A DNA stretch of 64,000 bases from Bacteroidia bacterium (GTDB taxonomy: Bacteria > Bacteroidota > Bacteroidia > SpSt-205): positions 25,570 through 89,569 of the forward strand of contig BPGV01000001.1 in NCBI GenBank assembly GCA_026003215.1. The letters run 5' to 3'. Below are positions 47,028-57,178 of this stretch, one piece after another. The notes below the pieces were generated by a model. It did no database searches, had not been told where the DNA came from, and worked only from the letters and a program-made list of their open reading frames with translations. The translations under genes were made by a program, and so were the position numbers. Each line of letters opens with the position of its first letter. Position 1 is the first letter of the stretch.

Positions 47028-48133
47028 CGCCCCCGACAGGGTGGTTTGTCCCAGAAGCCTTGTACTGGCAGGGAGCTCTCTTGCGGGGGGTATCTGTGCA
47101 CCTACAGGAAGGCAAAGTGGTTGAAATCACGCACGCTTCTATTCCAGATGCGTTGCAAGTGGAGGGGCTACTCACGCCGGCGTGGGTAAATGCGCATACC
47201 CACTTGGAGCTGTCGCATCTACGGGGCAAGCTCCCACGGGGGCGAGGTATGGTGGACTTCTTGGAAGCGATGGGGCCGGGCCGAGGCCAGGCTTCCCCTG
47301 AAATCATCTACCAGGCACTTCACGAGGCAGCTCAGGCGGGCACATGGGCTTTTGTCTCCCACCAGAATGTGCCCCTTCCCCCTGAAGCTATTCCGTCCCG
47401 CGTGCAGGTATATCCCTTGACAGAATATTTTGGGCTAAGAAGGAATGGCGCGCGTCGCCGCTGGAAGGCCCTCCGGCGCTGGGGCTATCCGCTCACCCCG
47501 CACAGCTTTTATGCTTTGAGCCGGCCGCTTCTGCGGCGTGTGCGCCGGTTTACGGCTTTTCCTCGGAGCTTGCACTTCTATGAGAGTGTAGAAGAGCGGC
47601 TTTGGCTGGAAGGAGGAAAAGGCCCTTTTAAGCGGTTTTTTCGGCGGTTTGTGGCGCGACCTTACCCCCCCCGCTGGCGCTATTGGCTTAGCCAAGCCTA
47701 TCGCCGCACCCCAGCGCTATGGCTTATCCACGCTGCAGAACTGCCCGCTTCTCTCGCCGAAATCCTTTTGCACCGCTACCCGCGCTTGTACTTCGTGCTT
47801 TGTCCCGAAGCCAACGCTTATCTTTTCCGACGGGGGCCTGCCCTCAGCTTTTGGCGCAGGTATCCCCATCGGCTACTCTTGGGTACGGACAGTTTGGCCA
47901 ATAGTCCCTCCCTCTCCGTGTGGGAACCGCTACGGCGGCTATTGCTGGCGGGCTTTCACTGGGAAGAGGCCCTGCTGGCCGTGGTAGATACGCCTCGACG
48001 ATGGGTGGCGGTGCCTCCCTTTTGGGTGCAGGTCGCTCCCCTATCAGAGAGACTCTCCCTTCTCCCCCAAACACAGCCTAAAACGTTCGCCCTGCGCGCT
48101 ACGATAGCGGAGAAAGGCTTTTCAGCGCGGTAG
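47024..48133 (+). CDS. Amidohydrolase-superfamily metal-dependent hydrolase (nucleoside/aminofutalosine-deaminase-like).
   Basis: WVNAHTHLELS is the HxH metal-binding motif of the TIM-barrel amidohydrolases. The C-terminal half is Arg-rich and atypical. Confidence 0.6.
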   Translation: MTPPTGWFVPEALYWQGALLRGVSVHLQEGKVVEITHASIPDALQVEGLLTPAWVNAHTHLELSHLRGKLPRGRGMVDFLEAMGPGRGQASPEIIYQALHEAAQAGTWAFVSHQNVPLPPEAIPSRVQVYPLTEYFGLRRNGARRRWKALRRWGYPLTPHSFYALSRPLLRRVRRFTAFPRSLHFYESVEERLWLEGGKGPFKRFFRRFVARPYPPRWRYWLSQAYRRTPALWLIHAAELPASLAEILLHRYPRLYFVLCPEANAYLFRRGPALSFWRRYPHRLLLGTDSLANSPSLSVWEPLRRLLLAGFHWEEALLAVVDTPRRWVAVPPFWVQVAPLSERLSLLPQTQPKTFALRATIAEKGFSAR

Positions 48134-48760
48134 GCTGTATATCAGAGAAAACCCATACGTACGGAAGTCCAGCGGAACGGGATCCAGGGAGCCTAATATG
48201 TCGGTATTCCGCCGGGCAGGTAAAATGTCCAAGTAAGCCCGGATAGTAGTAGGGCTTACCCGACGAAAGTTGAAGGTTATATCCACAAAAGCGGTGGGAT
48301 TGATGAAGTTTTGCCGAAGCTTACCTACGTAGCTCCCAGACAGAGAAGTGTAAGTTGTTTGGAAGGTAGTGAATCGTAGCCCGGCACCTGCGCCCAGGCC
48401 TATCCGCTGAATATTGTAGGCGGTAGCCCCGGCCCCCACCCGAACATATCCATATACGGGCACTTGTATCATCCAGTTAGCGCCCGCTGACCCTAAAAAC
48501 TGAAAAGCCCCCGTTACTTGTATCCCCGGTCCCGCAGCAAAAACTTCATTTTCTGTCCGGAAATAGGTGTAGTTGCTTCCCACAGTTATGCCCCAAAAGT
48601 TAGTAGGATAGGAGAAGAGCGGGGCATTTAGGAAGCGTATGTCTATAAAGCTGAGGTCTGCCCCAAAAAAGGGATTCAGTTTGGGCCAGAGGTCTTCATT
48701 CAAGAGCTTTTCTTGGGCCAGGACCAGCCCTATGTACAGGAAGGCCAGAGAGAGGCGCAC
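48122..48760 (-). CDS. Small outer-membrane beta-barrel protein.
   Basis: Signal peptide MRLSLAFLYIGLVLAQ, alternating-hydrophobic strands, and a C-terminal aromatic residue near the end. Confidence 0.55.
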   Translation of the reverse strand: MRLSLAFLYIGLVLAQEKLLNEDLWPKLNPFFGADLSFIDIRFLNAPLFSYPTNFWGITVGSNYTYFRTENEVFAAGPGIQVTGAFQFLGSAGANWMIQVPVYGYVRVGAGATAYNIQRIGLGAGAGLRFTTFQTTYTSLSGSYVGKLRQNFINPTAFVDITFNFRRVSPTTIRAYLDILPARRNTDILGSLDPVPLDFRTYGFSLIYSLPR

Positions 48761-48765
48761 CTTCT

Positions 48766-49188
48766 TTAGCAGTATTCGTCAAAGAGGGCAGTCAAGACGG
48801 GGGCGATACTTTGCGGCGTGCGGCCCTCTATCTCGTGCCGAGGCATAAAGTGTATGAGTTCTTTACCTTTCCATAAGGCGATGCTGGGCGAAGAGGGCGG
48901 GTGAGGCGCAAGGTATGCCCGCAAGCGGGCCGTGGCTTCTTTATCCACCCCTGCAAAGACGCTGTAAAAACGGTGCGGCCGTTTGGTATGTTGCATAGCC
49001 AAAGCTACCGCCGGACGCGCCGACGCGGCCGAACAGCCACATACCGAATTTATCAAAAACAAGGCTGATTCGCCTGTGGCTTTGAGCTCTTGGATAGCTT
49101 TATCTACCTCTTCGGGGGTGCGCAGTTCTACCAAGCCTATTTGCGTGGTTTCTTGCCGAATAGGTTCTACGACGTACGCTGGGTACAT
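48766..49188 (-). CDS. Bacilliredoxin-like (BrxA/BrxB, DUF1094) thiol oxidoreductase.
   Basis: LFLINSVCGCSAASARP contains the CGC active-site motif of the YphP/YqiW family. The product is 140 aa. Confidence 0.65.
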   Translation of the reverse strand: MYPAYVVEPIRQETTQIGLVELRTPEEVDKAIQELKATGESALFLINSVCGCSAASARPAVALAMQHTKRPHRFYSVFAGVDKEATARLRAYLAPHPPSSPSIALWKGKELIHFMPRHEIEGRTPQSIAPVLTALFDEYC

Positions 49189-49212
49189 ACTGCAAACCTA
49201 AACAAAAATCCC

Positions 49213-50034
49213 CTATGGCAAGGTGCCCACGGGCGGCTCGGAAGGGCTCGGCAGCTGAACCGGGAGGGGAAGGGGCTGACGCGCTCGCCAAAGGTGCATC
49301 CAGCCCCATGCCTCAGCCAAAGTCTCCGGATAATAGTCCTGAATGCGCACAATGTAGGCATACCTGGAGGCGTTTTTTAGTTCAAGAAACCGTTTTTGGA
49401 GGTCTTTGGGTAGACGATGCAAGGGTTTTTCTATTACTTTTTGGTCAAACGCTAAGTCAGGCGCTTGATGGATAAGTAGGCCTATGTGGGTATATTGCAC
49501 TTTTCCATCGGCAAAGTACCGCGCTTGCAGGCTCAGGGCAGAGATACGGCCGGGGGGGAGCTTTTCGCTGAGGGTCCAGGGGAGGACCAGCGACTCAGCC
49601 CAAGCGAAGTTTTGTCGCCAGAGGGTGTCTTCCCGCACCTGGGGACGCGACCCTAAGGGAATAACCACTTCTATCCTCTTATAAGGAGGGAAGCCCTTCT
49701 CCCAGGTGCGTGGCCCTCGCACGCACAAAAAGTGTTTCCGGAGCCAGCGTGCAGATGGCTTTTTAGAGCAAAACAGTAGGCTGTCTGTTCCTTTTTGGAT
49801 ATACCAGTAGGCGACCTCCCCTTGTAGGCAAAGCCTCAGGAGTAGCAGGGCGCTATCGGAAAAAAAAGCTCTTGAAGGCGTAAACTCACTCCGCACCTCT
49901 CGGAAGTGAAGCCTTTTGCGGGCCCGCGCTAAGGCTCGGAAGGAGGAGGGCGTAGCCTCCCACAAGCTGTCTTGGTGGCGTAGGGTATAGGGTAGGTCAC
50001 ATACTTGGCCCCATAGTAGAAGAAAAGCTATCAC
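49213..50034 (-). CDS. Hypothetical protein of 273 aa.
   Basis: Long ORF with no overlap to a better gene. No family was recognised. Confidence 0.45.
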   Translation of the reverse strand: MIAFLLLWGQVCDLPYTLRHQDSLWEATPSSFRALARARKRLHFREVRSEFTPSRAFFSDSALLLLRLCLQGEVAYWYIQKGTDSLLFCSKKPSARWLRKHFLCVRGPRTWEKGFPPYKRIEVVIPLGSRPQVREDTLWRQNFAWAESLVLPWTLSEKLPPGRISALSLQARYFADGKVQYTHIGLLIHQAPDLAFDQKVIEKPLHRLPKDLQKRFLELKNASRYAYIVRIQDYYPETLAEAWGWMHLWRARQPLPLPVQLPSPSEPPVGTLP

Positions 50035-50091
50035 CCGTCAAAGATAACGCACGATTTACTTGAGTATTTTTACCTTTGGGGCGAGGTAGTT

Positions 50092-52794
50092 ATGCGATAC
50101 GCTGTCATTTCCGTCTTAGTCTGGACTTGGGCGTATGCCCAAGAAGAACGAGAGATTCGTGGCCTCATAACCACGACTCGGCAGACGGGCGTTTCCCGCA
50201 GCGAAGAAAGCATCACTGTGCGGGGGGTAGTGCGTGACCGAGAGACCGGCGAGCCTCTCATAGGGGCTTCAGTGCGACTCCTCGCTACCGATAGAGGAAC
50301 CCTCACGCAGCTGGATGGCCAGTTTGTCTTGACCGTGCCCGCAGCTACCCTGCCCCCAGAACCTAAAATAGCCATCTCTTATGTGGGCTACGAGGAAAAG
50401 ATATTCCCCCTGAACGAGCTTGTCGACAAGGCGGAGGTAGCCTTGGCGCCGTTAGGGGTGGCCCTCAAAGAAGTGCTCATACAGGCTTCTACGGCTTTGA
50501 CGCTCGTGACCCCCCTCAACTTTACGCGCTTGGAGTCTAAGCAAATCGTAGAGATGCGAGGCTCGCAGGAGTTTACCGAGGCGATACGTTTCTCCCCTTC
50601 GGTGTATGCCTCTCGGGAAGGGGGCGGCTGGGGCGACTCCCGGATCAACCTCCGCGGCTTCGAACAAGAAAATATCGCGGTACAAATCAACGGCATTCCC
50701 GTCAACGACATGGAAAATGCCCGCATTTACTGGTCTAACTGGGTAGGGTTAGCCGACGTCACCGAAGAAGTACAAGTGCAAAAAGGGTTGGGGAATGCGC
50801 GTATTGTCCTTCCTTCTATCGGGGGGACACTCAACCTGCGTACTCTTTCGCCGCAGGCAGAGCGCCGAGTCATCTTTACCAGTGAAGCTTCTAATGTGTA
50901 TAGCGCACGGGTAGGACTTAGCTACCATTCAGGCTTGTCGGAAAAAGGCTGGGCGCTTACCTTCTCTGGTAGCCGTGCTGTAGGGCCGGGCTATGTGCCT
51001 GGAACTGACCTCAGCGCTTGGAGCTACTATGGGGCCATCTCCAAGCTGATAGGCCAGCGCCATCACCTGATGCTTCAGGCTTTCGGCGCGCCGCAGTGGC
51101 ACTTCCAGCGCTTTACCTATCTCACACAGCGGGATATAGATACGCTCAAGCTTAGCTCCTTCCATAATTACGACTATGGCTACTTAGATGGCCAGCGGTT
51201 CAGTAACTTTCGCAACTTCTACCATAAGCCTATCATTTCGCTTAGCCACTTCTGGGAGTTGAATGAAAAAATGCGCTTGCTTACTTCAGCTTATGTGTCC
51301 TTCGGTCGAGGTGGGGGGGCGGGCATTCTCTCTGTGCGCAGAGATTGGGATTCGCGGGCCAGTACCTATCGCCTCCCTTTGCGGTATGATGGTCTGATCA
51401 ACTGGGAGCAGGTACGCATAGATAACCGGGCCAAACGCGATACCTTCATCCGAGCCAGTGGCGATACCCTCGTCGGTTATGCGGCAAACCTCATCCACCG
51501 AAACTCCATCAACTCCCACAACTGGTATGGGCTGGTCTCTACATTCAACTGGCAGCTTGGCCCCTTGGAAATCAACGCCGGCGTAGACCTGCGCTACTAT
51601 GTGGGTTACCACTATCGCGAAGTGACTAACCTCTTTGGTGCAGACTTCTGGATTGATACTTTTGATGTGCGTAATGGCGAAAATATCCAAGTCGTTATTC
51701 GTGATACGGCTCGTACTATCCGAAATGCGCGTCTTACCCGAATGGGGGACCGCGTGAACTACGACTACGATTCCTATATTACTTGGATAGGGGGCTTTTC
51801 AGAGGTGCGTTATCAGCGAGGCCCGCTCGTGGCTAACCTTGTATTAGCTGGGGCCAATACCGGCTATCAGCGGCAAGAAAACTTTCGCTATAAGCCTGAA
51901 GAAAAGTCGCTTCGTTCTCCTACCATAAACATCTTTTCTTACACCGCCAAGGGTGGGGTAGGCCTGAGGATTACCGACCAAAGCCTTTTGTATGTCAGTG
52001 GCGGGTATTTCACGCGGCCGCCCTTCTTCCAATTTGTCTTTATCAACGACCGAGCGGGGAATGAAATTGCCCAAAACTATGATGTGGAAAAAGTTTTACA
52101 AGCAGAGGGTGGTTTTCGTTGGCAAAGTCGTGTTTTGGCTGCGCAAATCGCCGCTTATTGGATACGCTGGCGGGATAAGGTGCTCATGTCGCCCAATATT
52201 ACTTTACCTGATGGGAGTTTTACCCAGGTGCGGCTAAATGGGCTTTCTGCGCTGCACAAGGGCATGGAAGCGGAGGTAGGCGCGCAGCCCTTGCCCTGGC
52301 TGCGGGTGAGTCTCATTGGGAGCCTTGGAGACTGGCGCTGGGAAAAAGATGTTTTTGGCGTAGTGCGCGACAATAATCAGCAAATCGTAGATACCGTGGA
52401 GCTGTATGTAGGTGGGCTGCGGGTGGGGAGCGCGCCGCAGACCCAGCTTGGCGGCATCCTCCGCTTCTCGCCTACGCCTACGTGGTACTTCACGATGAGC
52501 TACTTTTATTATGACCGCTTCTGGGCCAGCTTTGACCCGCAGACTCGTACAAATCCCAACGACCGCGCCCAACCGTGGCGTCTCCCTGCCTATGGACTCT
52601 TGGATATAGCCGCAGGCTATGAAGCCCCTATCAGTTCTGAGCTCCGCGTGCGCTTCTTTGGGAATGTCCATAACCTCCTCAATACCCGTTATGTCGTCAC
52701 GGCGTTGGATGGCTCCTCCCATGATAAAAGCACGGCGCGCTTCTTCTACGGTTTTGGCCGTACCTGGAATATTGGCATGAGCCTTATCTGGTGA
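50092..52794 (+). CDS. TonB-dependent outer-membrane receptor with an N-terminal carboxypeptidase-regulatory-like domain (SusC/RagA-like).
   Basis: Signal peptide, then the CarbopepD_reg segment ITVRGVVRDRETGEPLIGASVRLLATDRGTLTQLDGQFVLTV. This is followed by a plug domain (RINLRGFEQENIAVQINGIPVND) and a 22-strand barrel ending ...WNIGMSLIW. Confidence 0.9.
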   Translation: MRYAVISVLVWTWAYAQEEREIRGLITTTRQTGVSRSEESITVRGVVRDRETGEPLIGASVRLLATDRGTLTQLDGQFVLTVPAATLPPEPKIAISYVGYEEKIFPLNELVDKAEVALAPLGVALKEVLIQASTALTLVTPLNFTRLESKQIVEMRGSQEFTEAIRFSPSVYASREGGGWGDSRINLRGFEQENIAVQINGIPVNDMENARIYWSNWVGLADVTEEVQVQKGLGNARIVLPSIGGTLNLRTLSPQAERRVIFTSEASNVYSARVGLSYHSGLSEKGWALTFSGSRAVGPGYVPGTDLSAWSYYGAISKLIGQRHHLMLQAFGAPQWHFQRFTYLTQRDIDTLKLSSFHNYDYGYLDGQRFSNFRNFYHKPIISLSHFWELNEKMRLLTSAYVSFGRGGGAGILSVRRDWDSRASTYRLPLRYDGLINWEQVRIDNRAKRDTFIRASGDTLVGYAANLIHRNSINSHNWYGLVSTFNWQLGPLEINAGVDLRYYVGYHYREVTNLFGADFWIDTFDVRNGENIQVVIRDTARTIRNARLTRMGDRVNYDYDSYITWIGGFSEVRYQRGPLVANLVLAGANTGYQRQENFRYKPEEKSLRSPTINIFSYTAKGGVGLRITDQSLLYVSGGYFTRPPFFQFVFINDRAGNEIAQNYDVEKVLQAEGGFRWQSRVLAAQIAAYWIRWRDKVLMSPNITLPDGSFTQVRLNGLSALHKGMEAEVGAQPLPWLRVSLIGSLGDWRWEKDVFGVVRDNNQQIVDTVELYVGGLRVGSAPQTQLGGILRFSPTPTWYFTMSYFYYDRFWASFDPQTRTNPNDRAQPWRLPAYGLLDIAAGYEAPISSELRVRFFGNVHNLLNTRYVVTALDGSSHDKSTARFFYGFGRTWNIGMSLIW

Positions 52795-52836
52795 GCTTTT
52801 CGGGGGAGGGCCGACTTTCTGTGGTATCTTTGTGGT

Positions 52837-54678
52837 ATGCAGCAGGTGGGGCGGGTTCCCCTCATAGAAGGCCAGTGGGCCCTTCGCCGAGAGCTTGTCC
52901 GCAGCACGCGGTGGGGGGGATTCGCCATGACTACCCTGTGGGGCTGCCCCGCCCGTAAGTATCACGCTTGGCTCTCCCTCTGGAAAGGCTTTGAACGCTG
53001 GGAAATCCTCCCCCAAATCCAAGAAGAACTCCTCCTCAAAGAGGGCCATTACCTCCTGACTACGCAGCACTTCCACGGCAAGCTCGCTTGGGAAGGCTTC
53101 CGTCACTTACAAGCTTTCCAAGCCAGCGCTGCGTGGGTGTGGGACTATCAAATAGGCGACCTGCGCATACAGAAGCTTTTTTACCTCTCACCCGATTCGC
53201 CTTTTTGGTTTTTTCGGTATCGTTTTTCGGGGCCGGTGCTTTTTCGGTGGATACCGCTCTGGGCGGTGCGGCCGTGGCATACTTTGCGTACTGAGCCGCT
53301 GGAAGTGCGCCGTCAAGGACAGATTCTCACCTTCTCCGCCGGCCTAAGCCTCTCCTTTCGGGCGGATCCAGCTCCTCGTTTCGTGCCATGGTCGTACCCA
53401 TACGAGGGGGTATATTATCCCGAGGAAGCGGCGCGGGGCTATCCCGCGACAGAAACCCTTTACCCCTCCGAATGTTGGGAATGGCGCCTCCATGTGCCCG
53501 GCGAGATTGTGATAGCCTTTTCCCTTGAGGAGACTCCGCGCATCCCTCTTAGCCTTCCGCAGGGTAAGGTCCCTTCTACCTTGTACGAAGCCTTAGACCA
53601 GGCCGCCGAAAACTTCTTCCTCCAAGATAGGGAGGGCGAGTATATCCTTGCCGGACATCCTTGGTTTGGGGTCTGGGGCCGGGATGCCTTTATTAGCTTG
53701 CCGGGGCTCACTTTGGCTCGGGGAGAGGTAGAACGTTTCCACCAAATCCAAGAAACAGCCCTGCGGTATCTCTCACCTGTGGGGCAGCTCCCCACCATTT
53801 TCCCGGACCAATACCTGGCCGAAGACACAGGATTATGGTGGGTGTGGTCGCTCTTGCAGGCTTGGCGTATGGGGCTCCCTGCCCAAGAACTCTGGCAGCG
53901 CTACGGCGAAGCCCTGCAAGCGGTGCTGGTAGGCTACTTACAACGATTGGCGGGATCCGATGGGCTCTTGTATGTCTCGGGGGAGGTGCCCCCTTCGTGG
54001 ATGGATGCTGTGGTGGAGGGTAAGCCGGCTGTCCCCCGCCAAGGCGCCCTCGTAGAACTCAACGCTTTGTGGTACGCTGCCCTGCGGTTTATCGCAGAGA
54101 TAGCGCCCCAAGAGGGGGTTCGCTGGCGCTGGGACCTCCTGGCTCGGCAGGTGCTCCAAGCCTTCAAGCCTACCTTCTGGGAAAAAGCCCGTGGCTACTT
54201 AGCCGACTGGCGCAGCACCCACGCCATAAGCTGGCAAATACGTCCCAACCAACTCTTTGCGGCTGCCCTTCCGTATCGCCCCATCAGTGAAAAAATCGCT
54301 GAACTTATCGTAGAAACCGTAGAAAAACACCTCCTTACGCCGCGGGGCCTTCGTACGCTATCGCCGGCAGACCCTGCTTATCAAGGACGATATGAAGGCC
54401 CGCCTGAGGCCCGTGACAGAGCCTACCATAACGGTATCGTATGGCCGTGGCTCATAGGCGCTTATGCCGAGGCAAAAATCGCTATCTGGGGCTCCTCCAC
54501 TAAGCCGGCCCTCCAAAAGCTCCTCCAAAGCTTTGAAGAAGGGCTCTATACCTATGGGTGGGGCATGGTAGCGGAGATTTACGACGGGGATGCGCCGCAC
54601 CTCCCGCGCGGCGCGCCCGCCCAAGCTTGGAGCATCGCCGAACTCCTACGAACCCACACCTTGCTACAGCGTCTATGA
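52837..54678 (+). CDS. Glycogen debranching enzyme, archaeal/bacterial GDE type (amylo-alpha-1,6-glucosidase).
   Basis: N-terminal GGFAMTTLWGCPARKYHAWL and a C-terminal (alpha/alpha)6 domain (GHPWFGVWGRDAFISLPG...PRQGALVELNALWYAAL...NGIVWPWLIGAY). Confidence 0.8.
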   Translation: MQQVGRVPLIEGQWALRRELVRSTRWGGFAMTTLWGCPARKYHAWLSLWKGFERWEILPQIQEELLLKEGHYLLTTQHFHGKLAWEGFRHLQAFQASAAWVWDYQIGDLRIQKLFYLSPDSPFWFFRYRFSGPVLFRWIPLWAVRPWHTLRTEPLEVRRQGQILTFSAGLSLSFRADPAPRFVPWSYPYEGVYYPEEAARGYPATETLYPSECWEWRLHVPGEIVIAFSLEETPRIPLSLPQGKVPSTLYEALDQAAENFFLQDREGEYILAGHPWFGVWGRDAFISLPGLTLARGEVERFHQIQETALRYLSPVGQLPTIFPDQYLAEDTGLWWVWSLLQAWRMGLPAQELWQRYGEALQAVLVGYLQRLAGSDGLLYVSGEVPPSWMDAVVEGKPAVPRQGALVELNALWYAALRFIAEIAPQEGVRWRWDLLARQVLQAFKPTFWEKARGYLADWRSTHAISWQIRPNQLFAAALPYRPISEKIAELIVETVEKHLLTPRGLRTLSPADPAYQGRYEGPPEARDRAYHNGIVWPWLIGAYAEAKIAIWGSSTKPALQKLLQSFEEGLYTYGWGMVAEIYDGDAPHLPRGAPAQAWSIAELLRTHTLLQRL

Positions 54679-55952
54679 AGGTGCTCATGTTAGGCTGGGA
54701 GTTTCCGCCCCGCATAGCGGGAGGCTTAGCGGTAGCCTGCTTCGGGCTGGTCAAGGGCCTGGTGCATCAGGGCGTGGAGGTTACCTTCGTAATGCCGCTC
54801 CGCACCGGTGAGGAACCCCCTAATGGCTATCGCCTCCTCGGCGCAAATGAAATAGACATTCCCCTCACCTCGGTGGTAGAGTTGCCGCCTTTCTGGCATC
54901 AAGTGACTTTCTACGGCGTGCGCACCGCCTTAGGGCCGTACTTGGAACAGCTTACAGAGCCGGTGCTTTCCTTTTCAGCCGTGCCAGAACCCGTGACTTT
55001 TACTACGGAAACCCCCTTACGCTTAGAGTTTTCGGGTAAATATGGGCCGGATTTGCTCTCAGAAGTCTATCGTTACGCCTACGCAGTCAGTCATCTGACC
55101 GAAAAGGTCGATTTTGATGTTATCCATGCGCATGATTGGCTGACGTACTTAGGCGGGCTATGGCTCAAAGCCAAGACCGGCAAGCCCTTAGTGGTGCATG
55201 TGCATGCCACCGAGTACGACCGCTCCGGCGAAAATCCCAACCCCGACATACGCACCATTGAACAGATGGGGTTTGAAGGGGCGGATGCGGTGATCGCGGT
55301 GAGCTTCTACACCCGGGCACTGGTGGCCGAAAAGTATGGCATTCCCCCCGAGAAAATCTGGGCCGTCCATAATGCGGTCTTGCCAAAGGATAGGCGGCCG
55401 GTAGAGCGGCCCCCTTCTCGCCGTAAAGTCGTCACCTTCTTAGGCCGCGTGACTTTCCAAAAAGGCCCTGAATACTTTGTAGAAGCGGCAGCTAAGCTCG
55501 CGCCGTACGTGCCGGAAGCCCATTTTGTGATGGCTGGTACCGGCGACCTACTCAAGACCGTCATACATCGGGTGGCCCAGCTTCGCTTAGGCGCACGGTT
55601 TAGCTTTACGGGCTTCCTCCCCCCCGCCGAAGTCGAAAAACTTTTTGACCTCAGCGACGTGTATGTGATGCCCTCGGTATCCGAGCCCTTCGGCATATCT
55701 GCACTGGAAGCTTTACGTGCCGGCGTGCCTGTGATTATTTCTAAGCAGTCCGGCGTAGCCGAGGTACTCCCCCATGCCCTCAAAGTGGACTTTTGGGATG
55801 TAGATGAGCTGGCCGATTTGATATATGGCGTTTTGCGGTATAAGGGGATTCGGCCGTTTTTTGTACGCCATGCCCAAGCCGAGCTGAGCCAGCTGCAGTG
55901 GGAGCGGGCCAGCGCCAAAGTCGTTGAAGTGTATAAAACCCTTCTGACATGA
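54675..55952 (+). CDS. GT4-family glycosyltransferase (alpha-glucan / glycogen synthase-like).
   Basis: MKVLMLGWEFPPRIAGGLAVAC... plus the C-terminal E-x7-E region (...SVSEPFGISALEALRAGVPVI...). The start is coupled (ATGA) to the GDE gene. Confidence 0.8.
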   Translation: MKVLMLGWEFPPRIAGGLAVACFGLVKGLVHQGVEVTFVMPLRTGEEPPNGYRLLGANEIDIPLTSVVELPPFWHQVTFYGVRTALGPYLEQLTEPVLSFSAVPEPVTFTTETPLRLEFSGKYGPDLLSEVYRYAYAVSHLTEKVDFDVIHAHDWLTYLGGLWLKAKTGKPLVVHVHATEYDRSGENPNPDIRTIEQMGFEGADAVIAVSFYTRALVAEKYGIPPEKIWAVHNAVLPKDRRPVERPPSRRKVVTFLGRVTFQKGPEYFVEAAAKLAPYVPEAHFVMAGTGDLLKTVIHRVAQLRLGARFSFTGFLPPAEVEKLFDLSDVYVMPSVSEPFGISALEALRAGVPVIISKQSGVAEVLPHALKVDFWDVDELADLIYGVLRYKGIRPFFVRHAQAELSQLQWERASAKVVEVYKTLLT

Positions 55953-57178
55953 AGCATATTTGCTTATACTTTCAAGTACATCAGCCTTTTCGTTTGCGAA
56001 TCTATCGCTTTTTTGACATTGGCGTTTCTCATGAATATTATCACGACCTCAATAACCGAGCGCTTTTGCACCGCATCGCTAAAAAGTGCTACCTCCCCAT
56101 GAATGCTCTCCTCAAGAAGCTTATAGAGAAATGGGGGCCAGAATACTTTTCTGTGTCTTTTGCTATAAGTGGCATAGCCCTTGAACAAATGCAGCTCTAT
56201 GCCCCAGAGGTGTTGGAAAGTTTCCAAGCGTTGTATAAAACAAGTGGGGTTGAGCTTATTGGGGAAACGTATGCGCATAGCTTAGCCTGTTTGAAATCGC
56301 GGACAGAGTTTGAGCGGCAGGTCCAGAAGCATCAGGCTGTGTTGGAAGAACTTTTTTCGGCCTCCCCGCGGGTCTTTCGCAATACCGAGCTGGTGTATTA
56401 TGATGCGGTGGCCCAGTGGGTGGCCAAGCTGGGCTTCTCTGCCATGATGGCCGAAGGCGCCGATACTTTACTTGGATGGCGCAGCCCCAACTACTTATAT
56501 GAAAGTGCCGCAGCTCCCCTTGCGCTCCTCCTGCGCAACTATAAACTAAGCGACGATATCGCCTTTCGCTTTTCTAATCAAGCTTGGGAAGCGTGGCCCC
56601 TCACCGCTGAAAAATATACCCAGTGGATAGCTGATTTGCCAGAGGAGCAGAAGATCGTCAATCTCTTTATGGACTATGAGACTTTCGGCGAACATCAGTG
56701 GCCAGAGACCGGTATATTTGAGTTTTTTGAAAACTGGGTAGAACTCACCCTTAGGGAAAAAGTGGGGCTATTTGTGACGCCCTCTTATCTTCTGCGGGAG
56801 CATACGCCAGCGGCAAAGCTGAGTGTGCCTATGCCCCTCTCTTGGGCCGATACCGAAAGGGACCTTACCGCTTGGCTGGGTAACGAACTCCAAGAAGATG
56901 CCTTTGAAACCCTTTATGCCTTAGAACCCTTGGTTGAAAATACTCAAGAGCCTTCTCTCCTTCGGGATTGGCTCCGTTTGCAGACCAGCGACCATTTTTA
57001 TTACATGTGCACGAAGTTTTTTTCCGATGGAGATGTGCATAAGTACTTCAATCCCTTTAGCTCGCCCTACGAGGCCTATGTGACCTATATGAATGTTTTA
57101 GCGGACTTCAAGGAGCGGTTGGAGGCCCAGACGCCGGTAAGCTTGGGCGGAAAGTCCGCTGGAGATGTGAAAGAATAG
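55949..57178 (+). CDS. Glycoside hydrolase family 57 protein (alpha-amylase / branching-enzyme type).
   Basis: The N-terminus LYFQVHQPFRL... and ETYAHSL...MDYETFGEHQWPE are GH57 catalytic-region motifs. The GC content is visibly lower than in the neighbouring genes. Confidence 0.8.
   Translation: MKHICLYFQVHQPFRLRIYRFFDIGVSHEYYHDLNNRALLHRIAKKCYLPMNALLKKLIEKWGPEYFSVSFAISGIALEQMQLYAPEVLESFQALYKTSGVELIGETYAHSLACLKSRTEFERQVQKHQAVLEELFSASPRVFRNTELVYYDAVAQWVAKLGFSAMMAEGADTLLGWRSPNYLYESAAAPLALLLRNYKLSDDIAFRFSNQAWEAWPLTAEKYTQWIADLPEEQKIVNLFMDYETFGEHQWPETGIFEFFENWVELTLREKVGLFVTPSYLLREHTPAAKLSVPMPLSWADTERDLTAWLGNELQEDAFETLYALEPLVENTQEPSLLRDWLRLQTSDHFYYMCTKFFSDGDVHKYFNPFSSPYEAYVTYMNVLADFKERLEAQTPVSLGGKSAGDVKE

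Noticed and set aside
52234-53106. 290-aa minus-strand ORF overlapping the TonB receptor 3' end and the GDE 5' end
   Set aside because: It overlaps two well-supported genes on the other strand. It has a low-complexity Pro/Ala/Gly/Arg-rich translation and no motifs.
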